Below, piece after piece: positions 52,366 through 64,000 of a stretch of DNA of 64,000 nucleotides. Origin of the DNA: Eledone cirrhosa (lineage: Eukaryota); the NCBI GenBank assembly GCA_964016885.1, contig OZ024743.1, positions 283,960,001 to 284,024,000 of the forward strand, given 5' to 3'. A program made the position numbers and the translations under genes. Positions within the stretch are counted from its first letter, which is position 1. Each line of letters starts with the position of its first letter. Under the pieces are notes generated by a model. It was given only the letters and a program-made list of their open reading frames with translations, made no database searches and was not told the DNA's origin.

Positions 52366-52769
52366 AACATATACACATAAACACACACACATATGTTATA
52401 TTGAAAATATAATTGTGCTCTAGTTTGATAATTTTTATTAAGTATTTTTCGTTATTTTCTTTTAGTTCTTTATCCTTAGTTTGGAATAATAGCACTTGTA
52501 AATCCAGATGTGTTTTGACATTTCATGGCCTTCACAGTCTTATCTTCACCAGAATGGTGATATTAGGGATGTGTTAGTCATATGTATAACAGTGGTCATA
52601 TCATGGGAGTGGTAGGAGATCATGGAAGCCTGATTTAAAATTTCTAAATGACCTATAATTGTTTTTATGTAAAAGAAATAACATAGAGAGACAGCATACA
52701 TGAAACCAATTGTAATAGACTGCCATGCCAAAAAATAAAATTCAGTCAGATACTATCCACTACTAAAAA

Positions 52770-54370
52770 GGCATCTTGCAGGGCGATAGCTTGTCAGTGC
52801 TGCTTTGTCCTCTTATTAAACTCACTATTATAGCTACTCACAAAACAGTGGTTATAGATATGGATCCAGAAGTATATCCAACCTTTTCTTTGTTGCCGAC
52901 CTGAAGTTGTATGGGCTAAAATATCAACTATATCAAAAGGAAATTGAACCACAATACTCATTTCTCCACTGACATAATGAAATTTGGTGTGTCCAAATGT
53001 GCCTTTTTGGTGATAAAATGTGGAAAAGTTATGCTCCTCTCCAAAAATCTAAAACTAATGACTTGACAATGCAACTACTACAGACAGGTGATGATTACTG
53101 GTATCTTTGACAGGATGAGAATGTCAATTATGATGGATCCACAAATAACGAGAGGACCAGGAACTAATAGCTCAGGAGGGTAAAGAGAATATGCTCATCA
53201 GAAGTTTCAATGTACAACAAGTATATTGCTCAAATTACCTTTACTATGTCCATCCTAATGCCAACATTTAGCCTGTTGAACTGGTCATTACAAGATTTGA
53301 ATGAAATGGATATAAGGAAGCACATGCTGCTCAGTGTTACTGGAAATTTTAACATTAATGGGGATGTGGATAGGCTATATTTCCTACACTAGGAGGGTGG
53401 CCAAGCCTTAAAATATTAACATCATATAAGACCCAGATAGTGATACAGAAGAAAAAAGTCAGCAACCATCTAAGCTAGGTTTATGAATATGAAAATAACA
53501 GTTTTGTTAGGATAGCCATTGAACTAGAGGAGAGGCAAGAAATAAAAGCTTACATAAACCTCCTAAGAACATTGGAAAACTCTACACAATACTTGAGCAA
53601 ATTAATAAAAAATAGGCCAGTTCACTGAGAAGGTTGTACATGGGTACTTGAGATGAAAAATGCAGACCACCGAGTTGATAAACCACACTAAACACCTGAC
53701 ATGGAGTTCTGACAAGTTCATAATATCCCACATTAAAGGATACCTTCAAGCAATCCAGGAACAAGAAACCCTCACCAAGTATGTACTGAATAAAAGAGGA
53801 AAGTCATCAGTTGACAATAAATGTAGGTTGTGCAAAACAAAGACCAAAGATGTAAGCCACATTGTTGCCAAGTATGAAAGAATGTATTTTTTGTTACTAT
53901 GATGTGGTAACCAAAACAATCTGGAATGCACTATAAAAGAACAAGTAAGGATGAATATATTGATACTAGTGGATAAAAGAAATATTGGTGGAACCTAAAA
54001 ATAAAAGCTGTTACAAATCAAACAGAACTGGCTTGTTATTTGGGATCAAAGACAAAAAATATGTCCTGTTGCAGAAGTCAGCTGCCCATTCAATGTTAAT
54101 GTAATAAGAAAGATGAAAGAAGAGGAGGATATCTATGGACCACTGATGAGGAGTTTGTAGATCCAGTACACAAAATACATGTTCAGTTTAATACTTATAA
54201 TTATTGATGGAGTTGCAGGATATATACCAACCTGCTTGGATCAAAGTATGACTAAATTGGATTATTGAAGAAAGAATACAGCTTCTTAATTCATAAGTTA
54301 TGATATCTGAAATGAGATGATATCTAGAAACTTCAAAATTTGTAAAACATTCTTAAGATTCAAAGAATGA
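52770..54370 (+). mobile_element. Degenerate R4/Dong-like RLE non-LTR retrotransposon
   Basis: DLKLY, KFGVSKCA, DVDRLY, GYLQAIQEQ, CRLCK...SHIV zinc-knuckle and EVSCPF...IYGPL motifs, with many stops. Confidence 0.75.
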
Positions 54371-56094
54371 ATGATTGCACAAGGGTGACAGAAATTTCCT
54401 TTTCTTTGCAACCTACTGCTGAGAAGGTAGCCAGTCAAAAATAAACTCAAAATTAAGAGAAAGAGACAACACACTCAGACAGACAGACATACACACACAT
54501 ATTTATATTACAGTGCTGTGAGTTCTATTTACAACAATGAATATATATCAATCTAAAATGTTGAAAGTTAAATGACTTTATTATGGACACAACAGCAACA
54601 TCTAATTATGGAAGCAGAGAAGAAAATGGATGTTAAAACAATGATAACGATATGTTAGAGCTCTAGTTGTCAGGGATATAATATAAAATATCATGAGTGT
54701 TTGGTTCAAATTTTAGTTTGAATTGTTATTTTGCAATTTTCCATAGTTTCAATCAGTTTTGAACAATAAATTATAATTTTACAGTAATTTTTCTGTTACT
54801 AGCCATTTCATTTTGAAATTGGAATGCACCCAGTTTTAAGCTGGAAAGACCAAAGAAGTCAGAGTTATGTGTATTACACAAGAGTCTTATACATATTAAG
54901 CTATATGTATGAAATTTTGTCAATGTCAGTAGGGATTTACTTTAATTTCCCCACATTAGCATAAATTTTGGTTTATATTGCAGCAATTCTTTTGTTGTAG
55001 TCATTTTTATTTAGCTATCAGCCATTGCACTTGCTAAATACTTAACTATAAAGAAGGAATGGGAACTGCTGTTAGTAAGACTGACTAAAGAAAGCAGAGT
55101 TTTGTATAAAAATAGTTAAAATAAATAAAACTATTAATAATTTCTGAGTGCAAATATTAATAAAATCAACTCCAGCAAAAAACAAAATTAAACCTTAAAT
55201 TAAATGTACAAGGTAAAAGTGTCTGTTATTTCATCTCTGCATCACACTATAAATGTTCCAATTAAAGGTTTTATTTCATTACTTTTGCACACAGTGACCA
55301 TAAATTACCATTTTCAGACATCATTATGATTCAGAACATTATCAGATATTTCAGTTGTTATAAGGCAAAACAACCTTAAAGGAAGTCATTTGATAAAAAG
55401 ACAATTTTTTAAAGCAACCAACAACTGAAGAATTAAATGTTAAGATGAGTAACTAATCTTTTTATGCTCTTTAAAGAGAGAACAATTAATAGAAAAAGAG
55501 TGAAAGAGGAAGTGGTGAGAGAAATAAAGAGACAATTTGATAATATTATTAATGGTTGATTGAATGACAGAATTTGTAGAGAGTTGGATGAAAGGGGCCA
55601 TTAAATATATACATATAAAAATTATTTATTGGAATTAAGAAGTTCTAAGAAAGTAAACACAAAACCTGTATGTGCTCCCTTTACTTGATATAAACAGCAG
55701 CTTAATTCAAAATATACCCTGCCATTTTGAAAAAGAAGAGACATACTGTACAATGAAGTTCCTGATACACAAAAAATCAGTCTAGCCATGGCTGGAACAC
55801 CTTTGATCATAGGTAACTTAATCATGGCTACAATATCATTGTATAGTGAAATTTTAACTAAATCTCTACCAAAAAATATGACTGGATGTTACCAGAAGAG
55901 ATCAAAAGAGAACTCAATTTTCTCATGAAGTAACAATAAGATTTTGGTAAAACCATATTCTGTGACATTTGCAAGATAAGCAACACAAAATGAATAAACT
56001 GATAACTGCAAACTTGCACAAAATTTAAGGACACACAAAATTCTTTAGATGTTCTTTATGTCAACTGGAAGACATTATTTAATAGTATGCTTTG

Positions 56095-56240
56095 AAGCAT
56101 AGAGTTACGTCCCTTTATGATCTGAGTTCAAATCCCGCCAAGGTTAACTTTGCCTTTCATCCTTACGGGGTCGATAAAATAAAGTACCAGTAATCTACTG
56201 GGTAATTGCTAGCCTTGTGCCTAAAGTAGAAACAATTATT
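56095..56240 (+). mobile_element. 5'-truncated SINE
   Basis: B-box, core and tail of the family. Confidence 0.9.
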
Positions 56241-56498
56241 TAACAGTAGCTACAATGGAATCTACAATGAGGGACACAGAGTACTATAGCAGAGAACTGC
56301 AATTAAGAAAAAATATTTTATAGTATAACCCATCATACAACTTGGTATAAAAACCAGTATTATAGAATAATGGACAGATCAAAATTATGACATTTGCCTT
56401 ATAGAGGAGTTCTACATCATACAGCTTCCTCCCCATATCTCAACTACAAAAAATAAACAAATTGTGATTTATGAACACATGCCCAAATTCTTCTTTGG

Positions 56499-58939
56499 GA
56501 ATTGAAACGACCCTCTTGATGCATGCCAGATAACAGAGAATTGCAATGACCCTCTTGATGCATGACAGATAACAGAGAATTGCAATGACCCTCTTGATGC
56601 ATGACAGATAACAGAGAATTGCAATGACCCTCTTGATGCATGACAGATAACAGAGAATTGCAATGACCCTCTTGATGCATGACAGATAACAGAGAATTGA
56701 ATTGACTCTCTTGATGCATGACAGTTAACAGAGAATTGCAATGACCCTCTTGATGCAATGCATGACAGATAACAGAGAATTGCAATGAAACTCTTGATGC
56801 ATGACAGGTAACAGAATTGCAATGACTCTCTTGATGCATGACAGATAACAGAGAATTGCAATGACCCTCTTGATGCATGACAGATAACAGAATTGCAATG
56901 ACTCTCTTGATGCATGACAGATAACAGAGAATTGCAATGACCCTCTTGATGCATGACAGATAACAGAATTGCAATGACTCTCTTGATGCATGACAGATAA
57001 CAGAGAATTGCAATGACCCTCTTGATGCATGACAGATAACAGAATTGCAATGACTCTCTTGATGCATGACAGATAACAGAGAATTGCAATGACTCTCTTA
57101 ATGCATGACAGATAACAGAGAATTGCAATGACCCTCTTGATGCATGACAGATAACAGAGAATTGCAATGACCCTCTTGATGCATGACAGATAACAGAATT
57201 GCAATGACTCTCTTGATGCATGACAGATAACAGAGAATTGCAATGACTCTCTTAATGCATGACAGATAACAGAGAATTGCAATGACCCTCTTGATGCATG
57301 ACAGATAACAGAATTGCAATGACCCTCTTAATGCATGACAGATAACAGAGAATTGCAATGACCCTCTTGATGCATGACAGATAACAGAGAATTGCAATGA
57401 CCCTCTTGATGCATGACAGATAACAGAGAATTGCAATGACCCTCTTGATGCATGACAGATAACAGAGAATTGCAATGACTCTCTTGATGCATGACAGATA
57501 ACAGAGAATTGCAATGACCCTCTTGATGCATGACAGATAACAGAGAATTGCAATGACCCTCTTGATGCATGACAGATAACAGAGAATTGCAATGACTCTC
57601 TTGATGCATGACAGATAACAGAGAATTGCAGCGACCCTCTTGATGCATGACAGATAACAGAGAATTGCAATGACCCTCTTGATGCATGACAGATAACAGA
57701 GAATTGCAATGACCCTCTTGATGCATGACAGATAACAGAGAATTGCAATGACCCTCTTGATGCATGACAGATAACAGAGAATTGCAATGACCCTCTTGAT
57801 GCATGACAGATAACAGAGAATTGCAATGACTCTCTTGATGCATGACAGATAACAGAGAATTGCAATGACCCTCTTGATGCATGACAGATAACAGAGAATT
57901 GCAATGACTCTCTTGATGCATGACAGATAACAGAGAATTGCAATGACCCTCTTGATGCATGACAGATAACAGAGAATTGCAATGACTCTCTTGATGCATG
58001 ACAGATAACAGAGAATTGCAATGACCCTCTTGATGCATGACAGATAACAGAGAATTGCAATGACCCTCTTGATGCATGACAGATAACAGAGAATTGCAAT
58101 GACCCTCTTGATGCATGACAGATAACAGAGAATTGCAATGACTCTCTTAATGCATGACAGATAACAGAGAATTGCAATGACTCTCTTGATGCATGACAGA
58201 TAACAGAGAATTGCAATGACTCTCTTGATGCATGACAGATAACAGAGAATTGCAATGACCCTCTTGATGCATGACAGATAACAGAGAATTGCAATGACCC
58301 TCTTGATGCATGACATAACAGAGAATTGCAATGACCCTCTTGATGCATGACAGATAACAGAGAATTGCAATGACCCTCTTGATGCATGACAGATAACAGA
58401 GAATTGCAATGACTCTCTTGATGCATGACAGATAACAGAGAATTGCAATGACGCTCTTGCTGCATGACAGATAACAGAGAATTGCAATGACCCTCTTGAT
58501 GCATGACAGATAACAGAGAATTGCAATGACCCTCTTGATGCATGACAGATAACAGAGAATTGCAATGACCCTCTTGATGCATGACAGATAACAGAGAATT
58601 GCAATGACCCTCTTGATGCATGACAGATAACAGAGAATTGCAATGACTCTCTTGATGCATGACAGATAACAGAGAATTGCAATGACCCTCTTGATGCATG
58701 ACAGATAACAGAGAATTGCAATGACTCTCTTGATGCATGACAGATAACAGAGAATTACAATGACTCTCTTGATGCATGACAGATAACAGAGAATTGCAAT
58801 GACTCTCTTGATGCATGACAGATAACAGAGAATTGCAATGACCCTCTTGATGCATGACAGATAAGAGAGAATTGCAATGACCCTCTTGATGCATGACAGA
58901 TAACAGAGAATTGCAATGACCCTCTTGATGCATGACAGA
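56499..58939. repeat. Homogeneous 39-bp tandem array (~62-63 copies)
   Basis: Unit GCATGACAGATAACAGAGAATTGCAATGAC(C/T)CTCTTGAT, with 37-bp variants in the left third. Confidence 0.97.
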
Positions 58940-59064
58940 AACAATCATTGATCTATGTTGCATAGACTCATTACTTTCAAACCTGCTGACATGTAAGGTT
59001 AAGCGACAAAATAAAACAAATTCAGGTATACTATCCCTTTTTATCTCAAATAAATCAACACATG

Positions 59065-59545
59065 ACATTGCATGGAAGTGAAACATGGACAGTAAATGCA
59101 GAGGATATGCAAAGGCTGGAGAGAAATAAATCTAGTAACCCATGCTAGCGTGGAAGATGGACGTTAAACGAAGATGATGAGATGATGATGATATGCTTCG
59201 ATGAATGTCTGATGTTAATGTGGATGACCAGCAAAGTATGGATGGGCAGAGAGAAAAACTGGGCATAAGAAGAATCAAATGTAGTATGCAAGAGAGAAGA
59301 CTGAACTGGTGTGGATATGTGATGCATAAGCATGATGATGGCTGTGTGATGAAGTATTAGAAGTTCTCAGTGAAAGGAAGCTGCAGTAAGAGAAGATCTG
59401 GGCAGAAGTGGTGAGAACAGATCTCAAAATACTGAACTTCACAGAAGAGATGACAAAATGATACAAGCGGAGGGATACTTTTCTGGAAATGACTGGTCCA
59501 ACATATGCAAGTATGGAAAATCGAGTGTAAAACGGTGAGGATGAT
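59065..59545 (+). mobile_element. Old RTE fragment containing a nested ~55-bp RTE tail (59136-59192)
   Basis: LHGSETWTVNAEDMQRLERN...MLR reading is interrupted by AACCCATGCTAGCGTGGAAGATGGACGTTAAA(GAT)n. Confidence 0.75.
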
Positions 59546-59583
59546 ATACGTATGTAGAACGAAATCATTGACAAAAACAAATA

Positions 59584-59769
59584 ATTGTTTCTACTTTTTG
59601 GCACAAGGCCAGCAATTATCCCAGTGTATTACTGGTACTTTATTTTATCGACCCCATAAGGATGAAAGGCAAAGTTAACCTCAGCGGGATTTGAACTCAG
59701 TCCGTAAAGGGACGTAACTGTGCTGCAAAGCATGGCGTCCGACCCTCTACCGATACTGCCAATCCACCG
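59584..59769 (-). mobile_element. Near full-length SINE
   Basis: Matches 2005-2186. Confidence 0.9.
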
Positions 59770-59908
59770 ATGAAAAAAACAAATAATGAGAAAATGGCGA
59801 TGCATTTATAAAATGAGGCAAGGGAAGTAAGTCTAAGAATATCAATTTTAAGGGAGATAATTCCTGCATATAAACACTGAATAAATTCTCACACACACAC
59901 ATATATAT

Positions 59909-60012
59909 AAGTGGTTACATAACAGTTAGTTCACCATACCAAGAACAATTGTTTCACCTTAAGGTGAAACAATTGTTCTCGGTATGGTGAACTAACTGTT
60001 GTGTAACCACTT
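59909..60012. repeat. 104-bp palindrome (52-bp arms, 2 mismatches, centred on CCTT|AAGG)
   Basis: Direct reverse-complement comparison. Confidence 0.93.
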
Positions 60013-60076
60013 CTACCTAACTCGTCCCATGGACTGAGTGCTCTACTACTACTGATATTACCTTCCAGTGTCCTAC

Positions 60077-60115
<39 letters not shown>

Positions 60116-60483
60116 AAAAAAGTCAGCACCCCGACGGCTGAGCTCCGGCCGTTTCGACAGCTTGAGGTGTGTGTATATATATATACAAACACACACAAAC
60201 TGATAAACATACATACATACTCATACTTACTACAGCTAACACCTACAAATTGAGAATGACTTGGTAGTTAATGGTTTTAATGTATGTAAGTATGTGTGTG
60301 TGTGTGTGTGGGGGGGGGGGGGAATGTATGCATGTATGTATTTCTACACTCTGAATTAAAATCCCACCAATAACCATGTTATGCATCACACACTGAGAGA
60401 AGGTATCCAGGCAGATATTAACATTCTGCAGCACTAGCATTTCTCTGAAATTAGACAGGCCATTCATATTTTAACACAGTTAA

Positions 60484-60696
60484 CCTTTTAGCATTTACAT
60501 TACATATATTATTGTATTTTTGTGGTAAAAGCTTTATATTACATAATTATCTCACATAGTATCGAATCAACGAGATTTTGATGTTATTTATTTTGAGAAT
60601 ACCTTAACATCAGTATAAGTTGCTGGTTATGGCCAGTTTGAACAGAAAGAGGTGAGAGAATTCTGGCCAGATACAGCCGGTTTAATTGCTAAAGGG
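60484..60696. mobile_element. piggyBac-like MITE
   Basis: TTAA on both sides (60480-83 and 60697-700); termini CCTTTTAGCA and TGCTAAAGGG. Confidence 0.7.
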
Positions 60697-60849
60697 TTAA
60701 AGGTATTTGAATTATGGGGGTTGAACTGATGACTCTTTCTCCACATTAATTAAACTCACTAGAATAAGTGAAATTAATAAGACTTTATGTAATAGTATTT
60801 TTGTGTTTGTCTTTTTTAATCTTGAACTAATATATATATATATTCCAGA

Positions 60850-61345
60850 CCTGGAAGCAAAATTTAGAAATGAAGTGCTTAAAATTAAACTTAGCAAAGG
60901 CTAAAATCTTAATAAGTAGGAAAGAAGACAGGTCTCTGATACTGTTGGGGAAATGACCTTGATCGATATGCCAAAAATGGGCAAGCAGAAACTTCATGAG
61001 ATGCATACTATATAACCTATGGACACAATAGATGATGTGGAATTACAGGCAAATTAATGGAAGAGTACAATTTGTATGCTATACAGATACACAGGAGAAA
61101 TAAGCACTAAAAGTTCACATAAAACAGATTTTCTTAATTGTATGGGCAGTTCCTTAGATGTTGTTGACAGCTTTTGCTACCAAGGTTACCTAATCCACAG
61201 TGGAGGGGGTTGCTCTGAAGGTGTAGTAGCCAGAGTAAGAACAGGATGGAAGAAGTTTAGGGATCTAGTACATCTGTTGACAACAAAAGACTTTTCTTTC
61301 AGAAGGGTAGATTGTATGATGCTTGCATATGAACTACAATGCTAC
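60850..61345 (+). mobile_element. Diverged RTE RT fragment
   Basis: LDVVDSFCYQG...GGCSEGVVARVRTGWKKFRDL matches 9490-9620. Confidence 0.8.
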
Positions 61346-62182
61346 ATATCCATGAGACTGAAGAAGGTCTCTATTTGTTCAAGGCAAAACCAAAGTAAGA
61401 AAGTAAAGAAAGAGAAATTATAAGTATGATAAGAGAAACAGGATGATAATGTAGGTAGAGAAGCAGTGATAGACAGCTATAGCGGACTGGCAACATAAAT
61501 AGCATGATGGAGGAAGGAGTGAAAGAGAGGAGACTGGCTGAGGGGCGATGGAGCCATGGAAGTGACTGATAGTGGTGCATGTCAACAAAGTAAGATAGAA
61601 GAGGGAGTAATGTGTGAGAGAGTGAAAGATTAAAAAGATGGTATGAAAAAGTGAGTGATAGATAAAAATAAAGATTGGTGATGACAAGCCAATGTGATGG
61701 ATATTAAAAAATAGTGATATAGGAGAGAGAGTGTGATGACTAGCAGTAATTAATATGGACAGATCTGATACCATTCTATCTTACATAACTATTATGATGG
61801 AAGAAAGGGTTAATGATACAGGGTGATGTTGAAAGTGGATTCAATATGGACAGATCCAATACAATCTTCCCTGACAAGGGTTTATGTTATAGTGAACAGG
61901 AGATAGGGTGAGTATTAGACATGAGTGTAACACAGTCAGAAACGAAAATGGATAGAAATAAGAGAAATGGGAATTAAAAGGCCTGAGATAAAAGGGGAGA
62001 TGATAGGAGATGTGTGAGTAGAAAACGTTTAAATTGATGATGATTTAGAATCAGTCTCCACACCACTAAAACAATTATGTAAAGAAGTACAAACACTTCC
62101 ATGCTCTATAGATATTAAGGAGTAAATATATTAAGAAAACAAAACAAGAATAAAAAGAGGTAAGAGGAGAGGAGATATGTAC

Positions 62183-62218
62183 CTGTGTTCAGGATTAGCT
62201 TCCTGAGTGACAGGGTCA
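62183..62218 (-). CDS. Putative 36-nt frame-preserving internal exon (xDPVTQEANPEHR)
   Basis: Acceptor TTCTTATTTCAG and donor AG|GTACAT, symmetrical phase 2, open frame joining 50379. Confidence 0.55.
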
Positions 62219-62245
62219 CTGAAATAAGAATTGCAAATATTGGAA

Positions 62246-62291
<46 letters not shown>

Positions 62292-62359
62292 TCACACACA
62301 TATATAGATACATATATATTATATATATATATAAATCACAACTTAATCTTTATGATATA

Positions 62360-62460
62360 CAGGGTGTTCCCCCAAAATCTATGCACACTTTGATTACCTG
62401 TACAGGCAATATTTATTAGAATGTTGTTGAAGTGTCTACACATTTTTTTAGGACACCCTG
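62360..62460. mobile_element. Tc1/mariner-type MITE (101 bp)
   Basis: TA|CAGGGTGT...ACACCCTG|TA with ~30-bp imperfect TIRs. Confidence 0.8.
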
Positions 62461-63875
62461 TATATATATATATATCATAAAGATTAAGTTGTGATTTTTA
62501 GAATCCCAGAAAACTATCAGAATTAGAATTTTAACATTCAAAGAATAAATTGATGCATATATAGAGATTTTTGACATTAGCACAAGGCCACAAATTTTAG
62601 GGAAGCATATCTTATTGACCCTGGAAGGATGAAAAGCAAAGTTTACCTTGGCAGAATTTGAATTATGTTGCATAAATATTATTGAAGTCATCACAGAGGC
62701 AGAAACTGGACTAAAGGACTTTTAGTATTTAGTTTCATCCCTAAACATTTTGAGTTCAAATCCTGCTAATGTTGATATTGTTTTATATTATTCTAGCATT
62801 AATGAAATAACCAACAGTGGAAATGATTCAATGGAATATATCACTTTTTCTCAAACGAGTGGCTTGATTGATTGAATAAACAATTCTACTAGACTTAGCT
62901 GTTTATCTGACAGTATTTTCATCTATCCATCTCCTGAAGACCACTGGAAGTTACTGAAAAAACCCATCAATTATACAGTATCATTGTCACCATTTTACGT
63001 CTATTTTCTATGCTTGGTTAAATTCACTTAGTTAAATTGGGTTAATGTAACGGTATATAACTAACAAGAACCTTTAGGAGTGCAATGGCAAATGTTTAGT
63101 GATGTGGGAAATATAAAATATAGGTTAGCTATAGCGCTGAGTCTACTCTTGATAAAACACTGTGTGTTTCAGTGAATAAGAGAAAATATCTGTACTATAG
63201 TTTAGGCTTATTTTAGCTCTGATCAAGCAGACCTATAATCAAAGGAAGTTTGTTTTCACCAGAAATACAATCTGGAACTATATTATCCAATATAGACTCC
63301 CCTCTTTAAAATAGTATGGTGAGATTTGAGGGAGATTTGGCAGTTACATCTAGCATATTTTCCTTCATGCAAGCACTGTAGAGTGGTAGTAAGTTCTTAG
63401 AAAATTAGTTTAGCAATGCAGGTTTGATTCCAGATTTAACCATTTCCCTTCATTTAATCCTTATATCAATGATTTCTGTTTGCAATCAATACTCTGCCAA
63501 GCCAACTTACCTTTACTGTGCTAAATGACCAACTTAAGGATAACAGGACATTTTCATCTCATAGCAATTGAGAATTACAGTATATACTAAAATATAAGCC
63601 ACTCACCCTACTATTTTATGTCTGAGAAATGAGCAAAAATCCAAACCCCATGTATAAGTTGAGGCAGATGATGTGGTTTTGAAATTCCCATGAGTGGAGA
63701 ATATATTCATGAAGTTTTTAATATTCTGATATTTAGAATGTTTTAAATGTCATTTAGAGTATGGTTTTTGTTTCAGAACTCCATTATGTAATGATTTTTT
63801 ACCAATTTCCGACTGTTTTCAAGGCCATATTCATTCAAAACATAAAAAACAATTGGAAAAAATAAATTACACGGC

Positions 63876-64000
63876 GAAAGTGAAACTGGTGTAATATTTA
63901 CTTCCCAAATGAAACTGGTGTAATATTCACCTCCAAACTGAAACCGGTGTAATATTCACCACCAAAGTGAAACCGGTGTAATATTCACCTCCAAAGCAAA
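63876..64000. repeat. 29-bp tandem repeat running off the window end
   Basis: Four units of AAA(G/C)TGAAAC(C/T)GGTGTAATATTCACCTCC. Confidence 0.85.

Noticed and set aside
56444-59086. CRISPR array or a 662-aa repeat protein
   Set aside because: Units are contiguous with no unique spacers and no cas genes. The ORFs shift frame at 37-bp units and exist in all three minus frames.
60725-60785. CTGATGA...GAAA as a hammerhead
   Set aside because: No stem I pairing and stem II is out of register.
61390-62030. Purine-rich segment with a short direct repeat (ATATGGACAGATC)
   Set aside because: Low complexity with no consistent period or coding signal that I can support.

Overview
Very AT-rich eukaryotic DNA, dense in microsatellites and retroelements. 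The SINE, RTE, CR1 and MITE families look like those of octopod cephalopods (my inference; no database search was possible). There is no complete gene. Host-gene content is limited to two things: two mirror-image copies of the first coding exon of an RMND5/GID2-like gene inside a ~1.7 kb near-perfect foldback (36-1734), and two phase-compatible minus-strand exons (62183-62218 and 50313-50379) that end an unidentified gene. The rest is fragments of CR1, RTE, CRE, R4-like, Tx1-like and Gypsy elements, a tRNA-derived SINE family, MITEs, a ~9.5 kb (TA)n desert, a young 39-bp array and an old ~41-bp satellite with a conserved TAATTA core. The most notable observations are the exon-carrying foldback (Pack-MULE-like or hairpin-RNA-like), one apparently intact minimal type I hammerhead ribozyme (27161-27221), and several hammerhead remnants and hammerhead-derived palindromes, all next to microsatellites. 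The long Y/I/M/C-rich ORFs in the supplied track are microsatellite artefacts. Boundaries of degenerate repeats are approximate.
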